The translations under genes and the position numbers were made by a program. From contig CBHRRQ010000001.1 in assembly GCA_966081555.1 (NCBI GenBank), positions 1 to 51,312 of the forward strand: DNA of 51,312 nucleotides, given 5' to 3'. Shown in pieces: positions 37,935-47,640 of this stretch. Each line of letters begins with the position of its first letter. Within the stretch, counting starts at the first letter, position 1. Source of the stretch: an uncultured Terrabacter sp. Its GTDB lineage: Bacteria > Actinomycetota > Actinomycetes > Actinomycetales > Dermatophilaceae. Below the pieces are notes generated by a model, which saw only the letters and a program-made list of their open reading frames with translations, had not been told where the DNA came from and made no database searches.

Positions 37935-38141
37935 GTGAGCTTCTGGTACAACGTCGACACCGGCCAGGTCGAGACCGACGAGAACCGCAGCCGCGGCGAG
38001 CAGGTGCTCGGCCCGTACGCGTCCGAGGCCGAGGCGCGTGCCGCCCTCGACACGGCACACAAGAAGACCGAGGACTGGGACGCCGAGGACCGCGAGTGGA
38101 ACGAGCGCGGCTCTGCCGGCAAGGGCGACGCCTCGTCCTGA
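37935..38141 (+). CDS. small conserved hypothetical protein (SPOR-like) divergent from map
   Basis: GAAGGAG RBS; [11 protein letters not shown]...[14 protein letters not shown]...WDAED. Confidence 0.8.
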   Translation: MSFWYNVDTGQVETDENRSRGEQVLGPYASEAEARAALDTAHKKTEDWDAEDREWNERGSAGKGDASS

Positions 38142-38158
38142 CGTCATTCCCTGACGCA

Positions 38159-38201
38159 GAGCCGTCCCGCCCGCCCGGGCCCCGACCGTGGCGGGCGGCT
38201 C
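38159..38201. terminator. possible bidirectional terminator hairpin
   Basis: GAGCCGTCCCGCC...GGCGGGCGGCTC inverted repeat between convergent genes. Confidence 0.45.
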
Positions 38202-38205
38202 GCGC

Positions 38206-39108
38206 TCAGGACTCGAACGAGTGGCTCGAGTCGGGGAACGCGCCCGACTCGACGTCGGCGGCATACGCCCGGGCGGCGTCCAGCAGCGTGCCACGCAGGT
38301 CGGCGTACTTCTTGACGAACCGAGGCGCCTTGCCGCTGCGCAGGCCCGCGAAGTCGCTCCAGACGAGCACCTGGGCGTCGGTGCCGTTGCCGGCGCCGAT
38401 GCCGATCGTGGGGATCTCGAGCACCTCGGTCACCCGCGCCGCGACCGGCGACGGGACCATCTCGAGCACGACCGAGAAGGCCCCGGCCTCCTGGAGCGCG
38501 CGGGCCTCGTCGACGAGCGCGTCCGCGGCGTCGCCGCGCCCCTGGACGCGGTAGCCGCCGAGCTGGTGCTCGCTCTGCGGCGTGAAGCCGACGTGCGCCA
38601 TGACGGGGATGCCGGCGCCCGTGAGGGCCTTGACGAGCGGGACCATCGCGGTGCCGCCCTCGAGCTTCACGGCGTGCGCGAGCCCCTCCTTCATCAGCCG
38701 CACGGCGCTGGCGAAGCCCTGCTCGACCGAGGCTCCGTAGGAGCCGAACGGCAGGTCGGCGACGACGAGGGCGCGCCGGGCGGCCGACGAGACGGCGCGC
38801 ACGAGCGGGATCATCTCGTCGAGGGTGACGGGCACCGTCGTCTCGTAGCCGTACACGTTGTTGCCGGCCGAGTCGCCGACGAGCAGCACGGGGATGCCCG
38901 CCTCGTCGAAGATCTGCGCGGCATACATGTCGTATGCGGTGAGCATCGCCCAGCGACGCCCCTCGGCCTTCATCGCCTGCAGGTGGGGAATGCGCACCCG
39001 TCGGGGGAGGGATGCGGTCTCGCCGGGTGCTCCTGACGGGGCGGCCGGCCCGCCGCCACGGCTGCCCGCACCGTAGGGACTCTGCTCCTCGGGGGCGTCA
39101 GTGCTCAT
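38206..39108 (-). CDS. panB: 3-methyl-2-oxobutanoate hydroxymethyltransferase
   Basis: [35 protein letters not shown]. Confidence 0.97.
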   Translation of the reverse strand: MSTDAPEEQSPYGAGSRGGGPAAPSGAPGETASLPRRVRIPHLQAMKAEGRRWAMLTAYDMYAAQIFDEAGIPVLLVGDSAGNNVYGYETTVPVTLDEMIPLVRAVSSAARRALVVADLPFGSYGASVEQGFASAVRLMKEGLAHAVKLEGGTAMVPLVKALTGAGIPVMAHVGFTPQSEHQLGGYRVQGRGDAADALVDEARALQEAGAFSVVLEMVPSPVAARVTEVLEIPTIGIGAGNGTDAQVLVWSDFAGLRSGKAPRFVKKYADLRGTLLDAARAYAADVESGAFPDSSHSFES

Positions 39109-39383
39109 GCCCGGAGCATAACGGCGGGTCTTCGTGCTGCCCGGGGCCGGTGGACCGTGCCCGAGGTGCCTCTGTTGCAGATGTGGTCTGTATCCGAAGC
39201 AGAGGCATCTTGGGAAGGGTTCAGGAACCGCTCTTTACGAAGAATTTACGTTTTTTGTCCCGAACTGCCTTGTCGCGCAACTTTTTTCACTTTCTGTGCG
39301 GCTAGCAGCCACATTGTCCGATGTGTGTGTTGTCATACCCGAGGCGCCGGGTTGACGGCGTCTCATGACCAGGAGGACAGATC

Positions 39384-41732
39384 GTGAACAAGCGCCAGTG
39401 GAGCGCTGTCTCGGGGTTGGCCGTGGGGGCGCTCGTCGTCACCGGCCTCACAGCCCCGCTGCAGGCTCAGGCAACCCCCGTCGTCAAGGCCCCGGTGAGC
39501 GGAGACCCCGCTGCTGCCCAGGCCTCGCGGCACGACAACCTGCCCAACCCCCTCGCCGAGGCCCAGGCCGCCGAGCGCAAGGACGCCGTTGCCAAGCTCC
39601 TCAAGGGCGAGGCGACGACCAGGACCATCAACGGCAACCGCGTCATCGAGGTCAAGAGCAAGGGCGCCGACAAGAACGGCAAGCCCAAGAAGTCGAAGTA
39701 CGTCAACTACCCGGTCAACCGTGAGGAGGACATCTTCACGATCCTCACCGACTTCGGTGACAAGACGATGCCCGCCACGGGTGGCACGGCCGGCCCGGTC
39801 CACAACAACATCGCCAGCCCCGACCGCACGTGGGACGGCAACGCCACCGACGACAACTCGACGTACTGGACCAAGGACTTCAACCGCCAGCACTACCTCG
39901 ACATGATGTTCGGGCAGGGCGAGTCGTTCCGGGACTTCTACCTCAAGCAGTCCAACGGCCGCTTCCTGGCCAAGGGCGACGTGTCGGACTGGGTGACCGT
40001 CCCCTACAACGAGGCGCGCTACGGCCACAACCCGGTCGACGGCGACGGCACCAGCGAGGCCGACGGCTACTGGAACTACGTCAAGGACACCGCCACCGCC
40101 TGGTACAACGACCAGAAGGCCAAGGGCAAGACCGACGCCGAGATCAAGACCTATCTCGCGCAGTTCGACAAGGTCGACCGCTACGACTACGACGGCGACG
40201 GCAACTTCAACGAGCCCGACGGCTACATCGACCACTTCCAGGCCATCCACGCCGGCGAGGGCGAGGAGGCCGGCGGCGGCGCTCAGGGCGAGGACGCCAT
40301 CTGGTCGCACCGCTGGTACGCCTACTCGACCGACGCCGGCACGACGGGCCCCAGCTTCAACAAGCTCGGCGGCGTGCCGCTCGGCGACTCCGGGATGTGG
40401 ATCGGTGACTACACCACCGAGCCCGAGAACGGCGGCCTCGGCGTCTTCGCGCACGAGTTCGGCCACGACCTCGGCCTGCCCGACCTCTACGACACGGCCG
40501 GCGGCGACAACAGCACCGCGTTCTGGACGCTGATGAGCGGTGGCTCGTGGCTCAACCGCGGCACCGACTCCATCGGCACGACGCCCGGCTACATGGGTCC
40601 GTGGGAGAAGCTGCAGCTCGGCTGGCTCGACTACAAGCTGGTGCCCTTCGGGACCAACACGACGGTCAAGCTGAGCCAGGCGAACCTCGCCACGGCCAGC
40701 GACTCGGTGCAGGCACTCGTCGTGCCGCTTCCCGAGCGCACGGTGACGACCAAGCGCAACACCCCGCACTCGGGCACTGGTGAGTGGTGGAGCGGCTACG
40801 GCGACAACCTCAACAACACGCTTACGCGGTCCGTCGACCTCACCGGGGCCACCTCCTCGGCCGAGCTGACGGCCTGGGTGCAGGGCAACCTCGAGAAGGG
40901 CTACGACTACCTCTACGCCGAGGTCTCGACCGACAACGGCGCCAACTGGGCGCAGCTCGGTGCCCCGACGGACGGCAAGTTCGCCTGGGCCCAGAAGTCC
41001 TGGGACCTCTCGGCCTACAAGGGCCAGAACGTCCAGTTCCGTTTCCGCATCGCGAGCGACGGCGGCGTCTCCAGCGAGGCGTTCGTCGACGACATCGCGG
41101 TCAAGCAGGACGGCGTCACGGGGCCGGTCGACGACGTGGAGTCGGGCGCCGGCGCCTGGACCGCGAAGGGCTTCTCGATCATCAACGGCACCACCACGAA
41201 GAAGGTGCAGGACTTCTACTTCGCCGAGAACCGCGTGTACAGCGGCTACGACGCGACGCTGAAGACCGGCCCCTACAACTTCGGCTGGACCAGCACGCGT
41301 CCCGACTGGGTCGAGCGCTTCCCGTACCAGAACGGCATGCTCGTCTGGTTCGCCAACGGTGAGTACACCAACAACAACACCTCGGCCCACCCCGGCGCCG
41401 GCGAGGTCCTCCCCGTCGACGCACGACCCGCGCCGATCATGCTGAACAACGCCAACGGCACGCGCACCATGCTGGGCAACCGTCGTCAGCCGTTCGACGC
41501 CACGTTCGGCCAGGAGCGCACCGACGCGGTGACCTTCCACCGCAACGGCGTGGCGACCAAGGTCCCGTCGCAGCCGGCGATCCCGACGTTCGACGACCGC
41601 GACCCGAACCGCTACTGGACTGCCGACAACCCTTGGGCGTCCACGAAGGTTGCCGGCTCGGGCACGACCATGACCGTCTCCAAGACGCGTCAGGGCGGCA
41701 ACGAGCTGCAGGTCGACGTCACGTTCAAGTGA
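39384..41732 (+). CDS. immune inhibitor A (peptidase M6) secreted metalloprotease
   Basis: Signal peptide, HAGEGEE, IWSHRW, HEFGHDLGLPDLY zinc motif, PYQNGMLVW; AGGAGG RBS. Confidence 0.95.
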   Translation: MNKRQWSAVSGLAVGALVVTGLTAPLQAQATPVVKAPVSGDPAAAQASRHDNLPNPLAEAQAAERKDAVAKLLKGEATTRTINGNRVIEVKSKGADKNGKPKKSKYVNYPVNREEDIFTILTDFGDKTMPATGGTAGPVHNNIASPDRTWDGNATDDNSTYWTKDFNRQHYLDMMFGQGESFRDFYLKQSNGRFLAKGDVSDWVTVPYNEARYGHNPVDGDGTSEADGYWNYVKDTATAWYNDQKAKGKTDAEIKTYLAQFDKVDRYDYDGDGNFNEPDGYIDHFQAIHAGEGEEAGGGAQGEDAIWSHRWYAYSTDAGTTGPSFNKLGGVPLGDSGMWIGDYTTEPENGGLGVFAHEFGHDLGLPDLYDTAGGDNSTAFWTLMSGGSWLNRGTDSIGTTPGYMGPWEKLQLGWLDYKLVPFGTNTTVKLSQANLATASDSVQALVVPLPERTVTTKRNTPHSGTGEWWSGYGDNLNNTLTRSVDLTGATSSAELTAWVQGNLEKGYDYLYAEVSTDNGANWAQLGAPTDGKFAWAQKSWDLSAYKGQNVQFRFRIASDGGVSSEAFVDDIAVKQDGVTGPVDDVESGAGAWTAKGFSIINGTTTKKVQDFYFAENRVYSGYDATLKTGPYNFGWTSTRPDWVERFPYQNGMLVWFANGEYTNNNTSAHPGAGEVLPVDARPAPIMLNNANGTRTMLGNRRQPFDATFGQERTDAVTFHRNGVATKVPSQPAIPTFDDRDPNRYWTADNPWASTKVAGSGTTMTVSKTRQGGNELQVDVTFK

Positions 41733-41750
41733 CCTCACGGTCATGACGTC

Positions 41751-41784
41751 GAGGGCCCCCGGGGACGAGTTCCCGGGGGCCCTT
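41751..41784 (+). terminator. intrinsic terminator-like hairpin after the M6 protease gene
   Basis: AGGGCCCCCGGGGA-cgag-TTCCCGGGGGCCCT, about 14-bp stem. Confidence 0.8.
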
Positions 41785-41857
41785 CGCGTCCGTCGGGAAG
41801 CGGGCACTCGACCTTTCCGCCCGTCGAACGCTCACGTCCCGACGGCACACCGCAGCA

Positions 41858-41896
41858 GTGACGTCCACAAAACGTGTCACGTCACATGCCCGAAAC
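41858..41896 (+). promoter_or_regulatory. tandem GlnR boxes upstream of glnA
   Basis: GTGAC-N6-AAAAC-N7-GTCAC-N6-GAAAC versus consensus gTnAc-N6-GaAAc. Confidence 0.7.
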
Positions 41897-41918
41897 AGCG
41901 ATGCGGCAGGATCGACAC

Positions 41919-43256
41919 ATGAACCGTCAGGAAGAGTTCGTGCTGCGCACGATCGAAGAGCGAGACATCCGCTTCGTCCGTCTATGGTTCACCGACGTGC
42001 TCGGCACCCTGAAGTCGGTGGCCGTCGCGCCGGCCGAGCTCGAGGGGGCCTTCGCCGAGGGCATCGGCTTCGACGGTTCGGCCATCGAGGGCTTCGCCCG
42101 CGTCTTCGAGGCCGACATGCTCGCCAAGCCCGACCCCTCAACCTTCCAGATCCTGCCGTGGCGCGGCGACCCGCCCGGCACGGCCCGCATGTTCTGCGAC
42201 CTGCAGCTGCCCGACGGCACGCCGAGCTTCGCCGACCCGCGCCACGTGCTGCAGCGCGCCCTCGGCAAGGCCGCCGACCTCGGCTTCACCTTCTACACCC
42301 ACCCCGAGATCGAGTTCTTCCTGCTCGAGCAGGGGCGCGGGTCCGACGGTCGTCCAGTGCCTGTCGACGACGCCGGCTACTTCGACCACGTGCCGCACGG
42401 CACCGGCCACGACTTCCGCCGGGCCGCCATCACGATGCTCGAGAACATGGGCATCTCCGTCGAGTTCAGCCACCACGAGGGCGCGCCCGGCCAGAACGAG
42501 ATCGACCTTCGTTACGCCGACGCCCTCAGCACGGCCGACAACATCATGACCTTCCGCACGGTCGTCAAGGAGGTCGCCCTGACGCAGGGCATCTACGCGA
42601 CCTTCATGCCGAAGCCGTTCTCGGAGCACCCCGGCTCGGGGATGCACACGCACCTCTCGCTCTTCGAGGGCGACTCCAACGCCTTCTACGAGGCCGGTGC
42701 CCCATACCAGCTGAGCAAGGTCGGTCGTCAGTTCATCGCGGGCCTGCTGCGGCACGGCGCCGAGATCGCGGCGGTGACCAACCAGTGGGTCAACTCCTAC
42801 AAGCGGCTCTGGGGTGGGGGAGAGGCGCCCGCGCACCTCACGTGGGGCCACAACAACCGTTCGGCACTGGTCCGCGTGCCGATGCACAAGCCCAACAAGG
42901 GCCAGTCGACGCGCGTCGAGGTGCGTTCGCTCGACGCCGCGTGCAACCCCTACCTCGCCTTCGCGGTGCTGCTCGGCGCCGGGCTCAAGGGCATCGAGGA
43001 GGGCTACGACCTCCCGCCCGAGACCGAGGACGACGTGTGGAGCCTCACCGACGCCGAGCGTCGCGCGATGGGCATCAAGCCGCTGCCGGCATCGCTCGGC
43101 CGCGCGCTCGAGGTGATGGAGGAGAGCGAGCTCGTCGCCGACGTCCTCGGCGAGCACGTCTTCGACTTCTTCCTGCGCAACAAGCGCCAGGAGTGGCTCG
43201 ACTACCGCCACGAGATCAGCCAGTTCGAGCTGAACCGCTACCTGCCGAGGCTGTGA
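41919..43256 (+). CDS. glnA: type I glutamine synthetase (GlnA2-like)
   Basis: MNRQEEFVLRTIEERDIRFVRLWFTDVLG, FDGSAIEG, HHEGAPGQNE, TFMPKPF, GSGMHTHLS, WGHNNRS. Confidence 0.96.
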   Translation: MNRQEEFVLRTIEERDIRFVRLWFTDVLGTLKSVAVAPAELEGAFAEGIGFDGSAIEGFARVFEADMLAKPDPSTFQILPWRGDPPGTARMFCDLQLPDGTPSFADPRHVLQRALGKAADLGFTFYTHPEIEFFLLEQGRGSDGRPVPVDDAGYFDHVPHGTGHDFRRAAITMLENMGISVEFSHHEGAPGQNEIDLRYADALSTADNIMTFRTVVKEVALTQGIYATFMPKPFSEHPGSGMHTHLSLFEGDSNAFYEAGAPYQLSKVGRQFIAGLLRHGAEIAAVTNQWVNSYKRLWGGGEAPAHLTWGHNNRSALVRVPMHKPNKGQSTRVEVRSLDAACNPYLAFAVLLGAGLKGIEEGYDLPPETEDDVWSLTDAERRAMGIKPLPASLGRALEVMEESELVADVLGEHVFDFFLRNKRQEWLDYRHEISQFELNRYLPRL

Positions 43257-43270
43257 CGCGCCAGACTCCG

Positions 43271-46200
43271 ATGTCCTCACGCACCAGCACCACCGAGGGA
43301 ACGCTCGCCCGCCTCGGCTTCGCCGATCCAAAGCGTGCCGCCGGGCTGCTCGACGACCGCGCGCTGCTGCCGCTGCGCGCTGTCTTCCCCGACGGCCAGC
43401 TCGACGACCTGGTCGCAGTCGTCGGCGACACGGCCGACCCCGACCAGGCACTGCTGGGCCTCGTCCGGGTGTCCGAGTCGCTTGCGGCACAAGGAGATCC
43501 CGCTGACTGGGGCATCTCGGCCCTCGCTCGCGAGCTCGCCACCGACGGTCCCGGCCGATCCCGCATCGCGGGCGTGCTGGGTGCCTCCACGGCGCTCGTC
43601 GACGAGCTCGTGCGCCACCCCGAGCACTGGGTCGACTGCGTCCACGCGGAGCGGCGGGCGGGGGAGCAGGTCCGCAGCGACCTCGTGCACGCCGTGACCG
43701 AGGGCCGCGGTGACCGCACACCGCTCGACGCCCTGCGCATCGCATACCGAAGGGGTCTGCTGCGCATCGCCGCGCTCGACGTCACCGCCGCCGACCCGCT
43801 CGCGGAGATGCCGGCCGTCGGCGAGGCCCTGGCCGAGCTGGCCGAGGCCGCGCTCGAGGCAGCGCTCGCCATCGCGCGCGAGGAGCACGGCCCGGGCCAC
43901 GAGGCCTGCCGTCTCGCCATCATCGGCATGGGCAAGACCGGCGGCGGCGAGCTCAACTACGTCAGCGACGTCGACGTCATCTTCGTCGCCGAGCCCGCGG
44001 AGGGCGTCGACGAGGAGACCGCGCTGCAGGTCGGCACGGCGCTGGCGACGGCCACGATGCGGGCCTGCTCGGCGCCGACTCCCGAGGGGAGCCTCTGGCC
44101 CGTCGACGCGGCCCTGCGGCCCGAGGGCAAGCAGGGCCCGCTGGTGCGCACCATCCGCAGCCACAAGGCGTACTACGAGCGCTGGGCCAAGACGTGGGAG
44201 TTCCAGGCGCTCCTCAAGGCGTGGGTCTCGGCCGGCGACCGGGAGATCGGGCTGCGCTACAAGGCCGAGATCGCACCGATGGTGTGGGAGGCGGCCGGCC
44301 GCGACCACTTCGTCGAGGACGTCCAGGCCATGCGGCGCCGCGTCGAGCAGCACGTGCCGGCCAACGAGGCCGCCCGCCAGCTGAAGCTCGGCCCCGGTGG
44401 TCTGCGCGACGTCGAGTTCAGCGTCCAGCTGCTCCAGCTGGTGCACGGTCGCACCGACCCCAGCCTGCGCTCGGCCACGACCCTCGAGGCGCTCTCCGCA
44501 CTGGCACGGGGCGGCTACGTCGGCCGCGACGACGCGGCCATCCTCGACCGGGCCTACCGCCACCTGCGCTGCCTCGAGCACCGCATCCAGCTGCACCGGC
44601 TCCGGCGCACGCACCTCATGCCGGTGGCGGAGGCCGATCTGCGCCGGCTCGGCCGGGCCATGGGGCACCGCACGCACCCCGACAGCGCGGTCGTCGCCGA
44701 CCGTCAGGCGTCAGCGCGTGAGGTGCGGCGGCTGCACGAACGGCTCTTCTACCGGCCGCTGCTCGCCGCGGCGGCCAAGCTCAGCCCGACCGAGGCGCGG
44801 CTCAGTCCCGAGGCGGCCAAGCAGCGGCTGCTCGCGCTGGGCTTCCGCGACCCGGCCGGCGCCCTGCGCCACATCGAGGCGCTGACCACCGGGGTGAGCC
44901 GACGAGCTGCCATCCAGCGCACGCTGCTACCGGTCATGCTGGGCTGGTTCGCCGACGAGGCCGACCCCGACGCCGGGCTGCTGTCGTTCCGACGCGTCTC
45001 CGACGAGCTCGGCACGACCCACTGGTACCTCAAGATGCTGCGCGACGAGGGGCGCGCCGCCGACCGGCTGGCGCACTGCCTCGCCCGCAGCAGGTATGCC
45101 GCCGACCTGCTCGTGCGTTCACCCGAGAGCGTGTCGATCCTCGGCGACGACAACGGCCTCACCCCGAGGTCGCGCGAGGCGATCACCTCGACGATGCAGT
45201 CGGCCGCGGGGCGCCGCGAGTCGGCCGCCGACGCAGCCGCCGCCGTTCGGGCCATCCGCCGTCACGAGCTGCTGCGCATCGTGATGGCAGACCTCGTCGG
45301 CGTCGTCGACCTGCCGGGCGTCGGTGCTGCACTGAGCGACCTCACCGCAGCGACGATCCAGGTGGCGCTCGACGTGGCCGTCAAGGAGGTCGAGCGCCGC
45401 GAGGGCGGGCCGGTCGGGGGCGACATCCTCGTCGTCGGCATGGGAAGCCTCGGTGGCCGCGAGCTCGGCTACGCCTCCGACGCCGACGTCATGTTCGTCC
45501 ACCAGGCGCACCCCGGCGCCGAGGAGAAGGACGTGCAGGCGCGCGCCACGCTCGTGGTGCAGGAGCTGCGCAAGCTCCTCTCGGGGTCGGGACCCGACCC
45601 GGCTCTCGGTCTCGACCCCGACCTGAGGCCCGAGGGCAAGGCCGGCCCGCTCGTGCGCAGCGTCGACTCGTTCCGCACCTACTACGAGCGATGGGCCCTG
45701 ACCTGGGAGTTCCAGGCGCTGCTGCGCGCCACCCCGATCGCCGGCCCCGAGTCGCTCGCCGACGCCTTCCTCGCGCTCATCGACCCGCTGCGCTGGCCCG
45801 AGGGAGGCATCGACGCGGGCCGGGTCCGCGACATCCGCACCATGAAGGCCCGGGTCGAGAGCGAGCGGCTGCCGCGGGGAGCCGACCCGCGCACCCACCT
45901 CAAGCTCGGCCGGGGCGGCCTCAGCGACGTCGAGTGGGTCGTTCAGCTGCACCAGCTCCAGCACGCGCACGCCCGTCCCGCGCTGCGCGTCACGGGCACG
46001 ATGGCCGGGCTCTCCGCGCTGGCCTCCGAAGGACTCATGTCGGCCGAGGACGTCAAGGCGCTGCGCGAGGCGTGGCAGCTCGGTTCGTCGATGCGCAACG
46101 CCGGCGTGCTCTGGCGGGGCAGGCCGATCGACAGCGTCCCGTCCGACGTGCGCGACCTCGACGGCATCGGTCGGATCATGGGTCGCCAGGCGGGGGAGGG

Positions 46201-46303
46201 GGCCGGCCTCGCCGAGCTGTGGCGCCGCGTCGCGCGGCGCGCCCGCCACGCGACCGATTTCAACTTTTACGACTCCCCACCTGGGGGTAGCGTCGTCACG
46301 TGA
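43271..46303 (+). CDS. glnE: bifunctional glutamine synthetase adenylyltransferase/adenylyl-removing enzyme
   Basis: Two NTase domains, MGKTGGGELNYVSDVD and MGSLGGRELGYASDAD; LRPEG; KLGPGGLRDVEF; alternative GTG start at 43253 overlapping the glnA stop. Confidence 0.96.
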   Translation: MSSRTSTTEGTLARLGFADPKRAAGLLDDRALLPLRAVFPDGQLDDLVAVVGDTADPDQALLGLVRVSESLAAQGDPADWGISALARELATDGPGRSRIAGVLGASTALVDELVRHPEHWVDCVHAERRAGEQVRSDLVHAVTEGRGDRTPLDALRIAYRRGLLRIAALDVTAADPLAEMPAVGEALAELAEAALEAALAIAREEHGPGHEACRLAIIGMGKTGGGELNYVSDVDVIFVAEPAEGVDEETALQVGTALATATMRACSAPTPEGSLWPVDAALRPEGKQGPLVRTIRSHKAYYERWAKTWEFQALLKAWVSAGDREIGLRYKAEIAPMVWEAAGRDHFVEDVQAMRRRVEQHVPANEAARQLKLGPGGLRDVEFSVQLLQLVHGRTDPSLRSATTLEALSALARGGYVGRDDAAILDRAYRHLRCLEHRIQLHRLRRTHLMPVAEADLRRLGRAMGHRTHPDSAVVADRQASAREVRRLHERLFYRPLLAAAAKLSPTEARLSPEAAKQRLLALGFRDPAGALRHIEALTTGVSRRAAIQRTLLPVMLGWFADEADPDAGLLSFRRVSDELGTTHWYLKMLRDEGRAADRLAHCLARSRYAADLLVRSPESVSILGDDNGLTPRSREAITSTMQSAAGRRESAADAAAAVRAIRRHELLRIVMADLVGVVDLPGVGAALSDLTAATIQVALDVAVKEVERREGGPVGGDILVVGMGSLGGRELGYASDADVMFVHQAHPGAEEKDVQARATLVVQELRKLLSGSGPDPALGLDPDLRPEGKAGPLVRSVDSFRTYYERWALTWEFQALLRATPIAGPESLADAFLALIDPLRWPEGGIDAGRVRDIRTMKARVESERLPRGADPRTHLKLGRGGLSDVEWVVQLHQLQHAHARPALRVTGTMAGLSALASEGLMSAEDVKALREAWQLGSSMRNAGVLWRGRPIDSVPSDVRDLDGIGRIMGRQAGEGAGLAELWRRVARRARHATDFNFYDSPPGGSVVT

Positions 46304-47568
46304 GCACGAGTCAGGGGACCGGCAGCGTCGTGCCGACATACGCCGCCGTCCTTCGGGTGCCTCGGTTCCTGCCGATCTTCCTCGCCAACGCCCTGTCGAT
46401 GTGGGGCGACTACATCGCGCGCGTCACGATCGCCGCGGTGGTGTTCGAACGCACTCGTTCGCCGCTGGCCACCGCCACCACCCTCGCGGTCAGCCTCGTG
46501 CCGACGTTCTTCGGCCGCAGCCTCATCGGCCCGATCGTCGACCGGTTCCCCTACAAGTGGGTGCTCATCTGGTCGCACCTGCTGCGTGCCACCTGCGTGC
46601 TCGGGCTCATGTGGCTCGTGATGCAGGGGTCCGTCCTGTGGCTGATGTTCGTCGTGCTCTTCGCGCTCGAGCTCGTCGGGGGCGCCTCGGCCGCCTCGAA
46701 CATGGTGCTGCTCACCGACCTGTTCGAGGACCGGCACCTCTACGCACGGGCCGTCGGCCTCGGCGCCATGTCCGAGCAGTTCAACCAGGCCATCGGGCTG
46801 GCCGTCGGCGGTGCCCTCGTCGCCGTGCTCGGTCCCGAGACCGGCCTGCTCTTCGACCTCGTCACCTTCGTCGTGGCTGCCCTCGTGATCCTCTTCGTCG
46901 TGCAGCTGCGGCCCGTCACGGGCGAGCGTGGCAGGGGCCTGCGCGGCTTCGCCCGCGACCTCTCGACTGCGGCCGGCGACCTGGCCCGCCACCCGGTGCT
47001 GGCGCGACTGGTCACGCTGAGCGCCGTGGCCTGCCTCGGCATCGCGGCCCCGGAGGCCCTCGCCATCCCGATCGCCGGTCAGAACGGGTGGGGCGGCGTG
47101 CTGATGGCGGCACCCATCGTCGGGGCCGTCGTCGGCATCGTGCTCATCGGCCGCTGGGACGTGCACCAGCAGAACCGGTCCATCGTGCCGCTGGCGCTCA
47201 GCATGCCGCTGCCGCTGCTCGCCACGGCGCTGCACCCACCGATCTGGGTGGTGGCCGCCCTCTTCTTCGGCTCGGGCATGCTCCAGGCCTTCATGGTGCC
47301 GCTGCAGGCGACGTTCGCCCTCGTCACCGAGCCGGAGCTGCGTGGCCGCATCTTCAGCCTCGCCGGCTCCGTCTCCATCGCCGCAGCGGGCGTCTCGTAC
47401 CTCGCGGCCGGCTGGGTCGGCCAGCACACCAACGCGTACTGGGGCGTCACGATCTGTGCCGCCGTCTGCCTGGCCCTCGTGGCGCTGCTCGCCGCGACGT
47501 GGCCGCACCGCCGGGTGCGCTCGGCCGTCGACCTCGCGTACGCGCCGACGACCTCCCGCGCAGCCTGA
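46300..47568 (+). CDS. MFS transporter
   Basis: About 12 TM segments, GPIVDRFPYK motif A-like, PELRGRIFS; overlaps the glnE stop. Confidence 0.88.
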   Translation: MSTSQGTGSVVPTYAAVLRVPRFLPIFLANALSMWGDYIARVTIAAVVFERTRSPLATATTLAVSLVPTFFGRSLIGPIVDRFPYKWVLIWSHLLRATCVLGLMWLVMQGSVLWLMFVVLFALELVGGASAASNMVLLTDLFEDRHLYARAVGLGAMSEQFNQAIGLAVGGALVAVLGPETGLLFDLVTFVVAALVILFVVQLRPVTGERGRGLRGFARDLSTAAGDLARHPVLARLVTLSAVACLGIAAPEALAIPIAGQNGWGGVLMAAPIVGAVVGIVLIGRWDVHQQNRSIVPLALSMPLPLLATALHPPIWVVAALFFGSGMLQAFMVPLQATFALVTEPELRGRIFSLAGSVSIAAAGVSYLAAGWVGQHTNAYWGVTICAAVCLALVALLAATWPHRRVRSAVDLAYAPTTSRAA

Positions 47569-47640
47569 GCCGCGGGGGAGGTCGACGGGCGAGCAGGCGC
47601 CCGGGCGCCCTTCCGGGGCTCCCGAGTCACTCGCCGTGGG

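Noticed and set aside
41858-46303. 1481-aa ORF suggesting an N-terminally extended GlnE
   Set aside because: The first ~465 codons are an off-frame shadow of glnA; GlnE-like sequence begins at about 43253-43271
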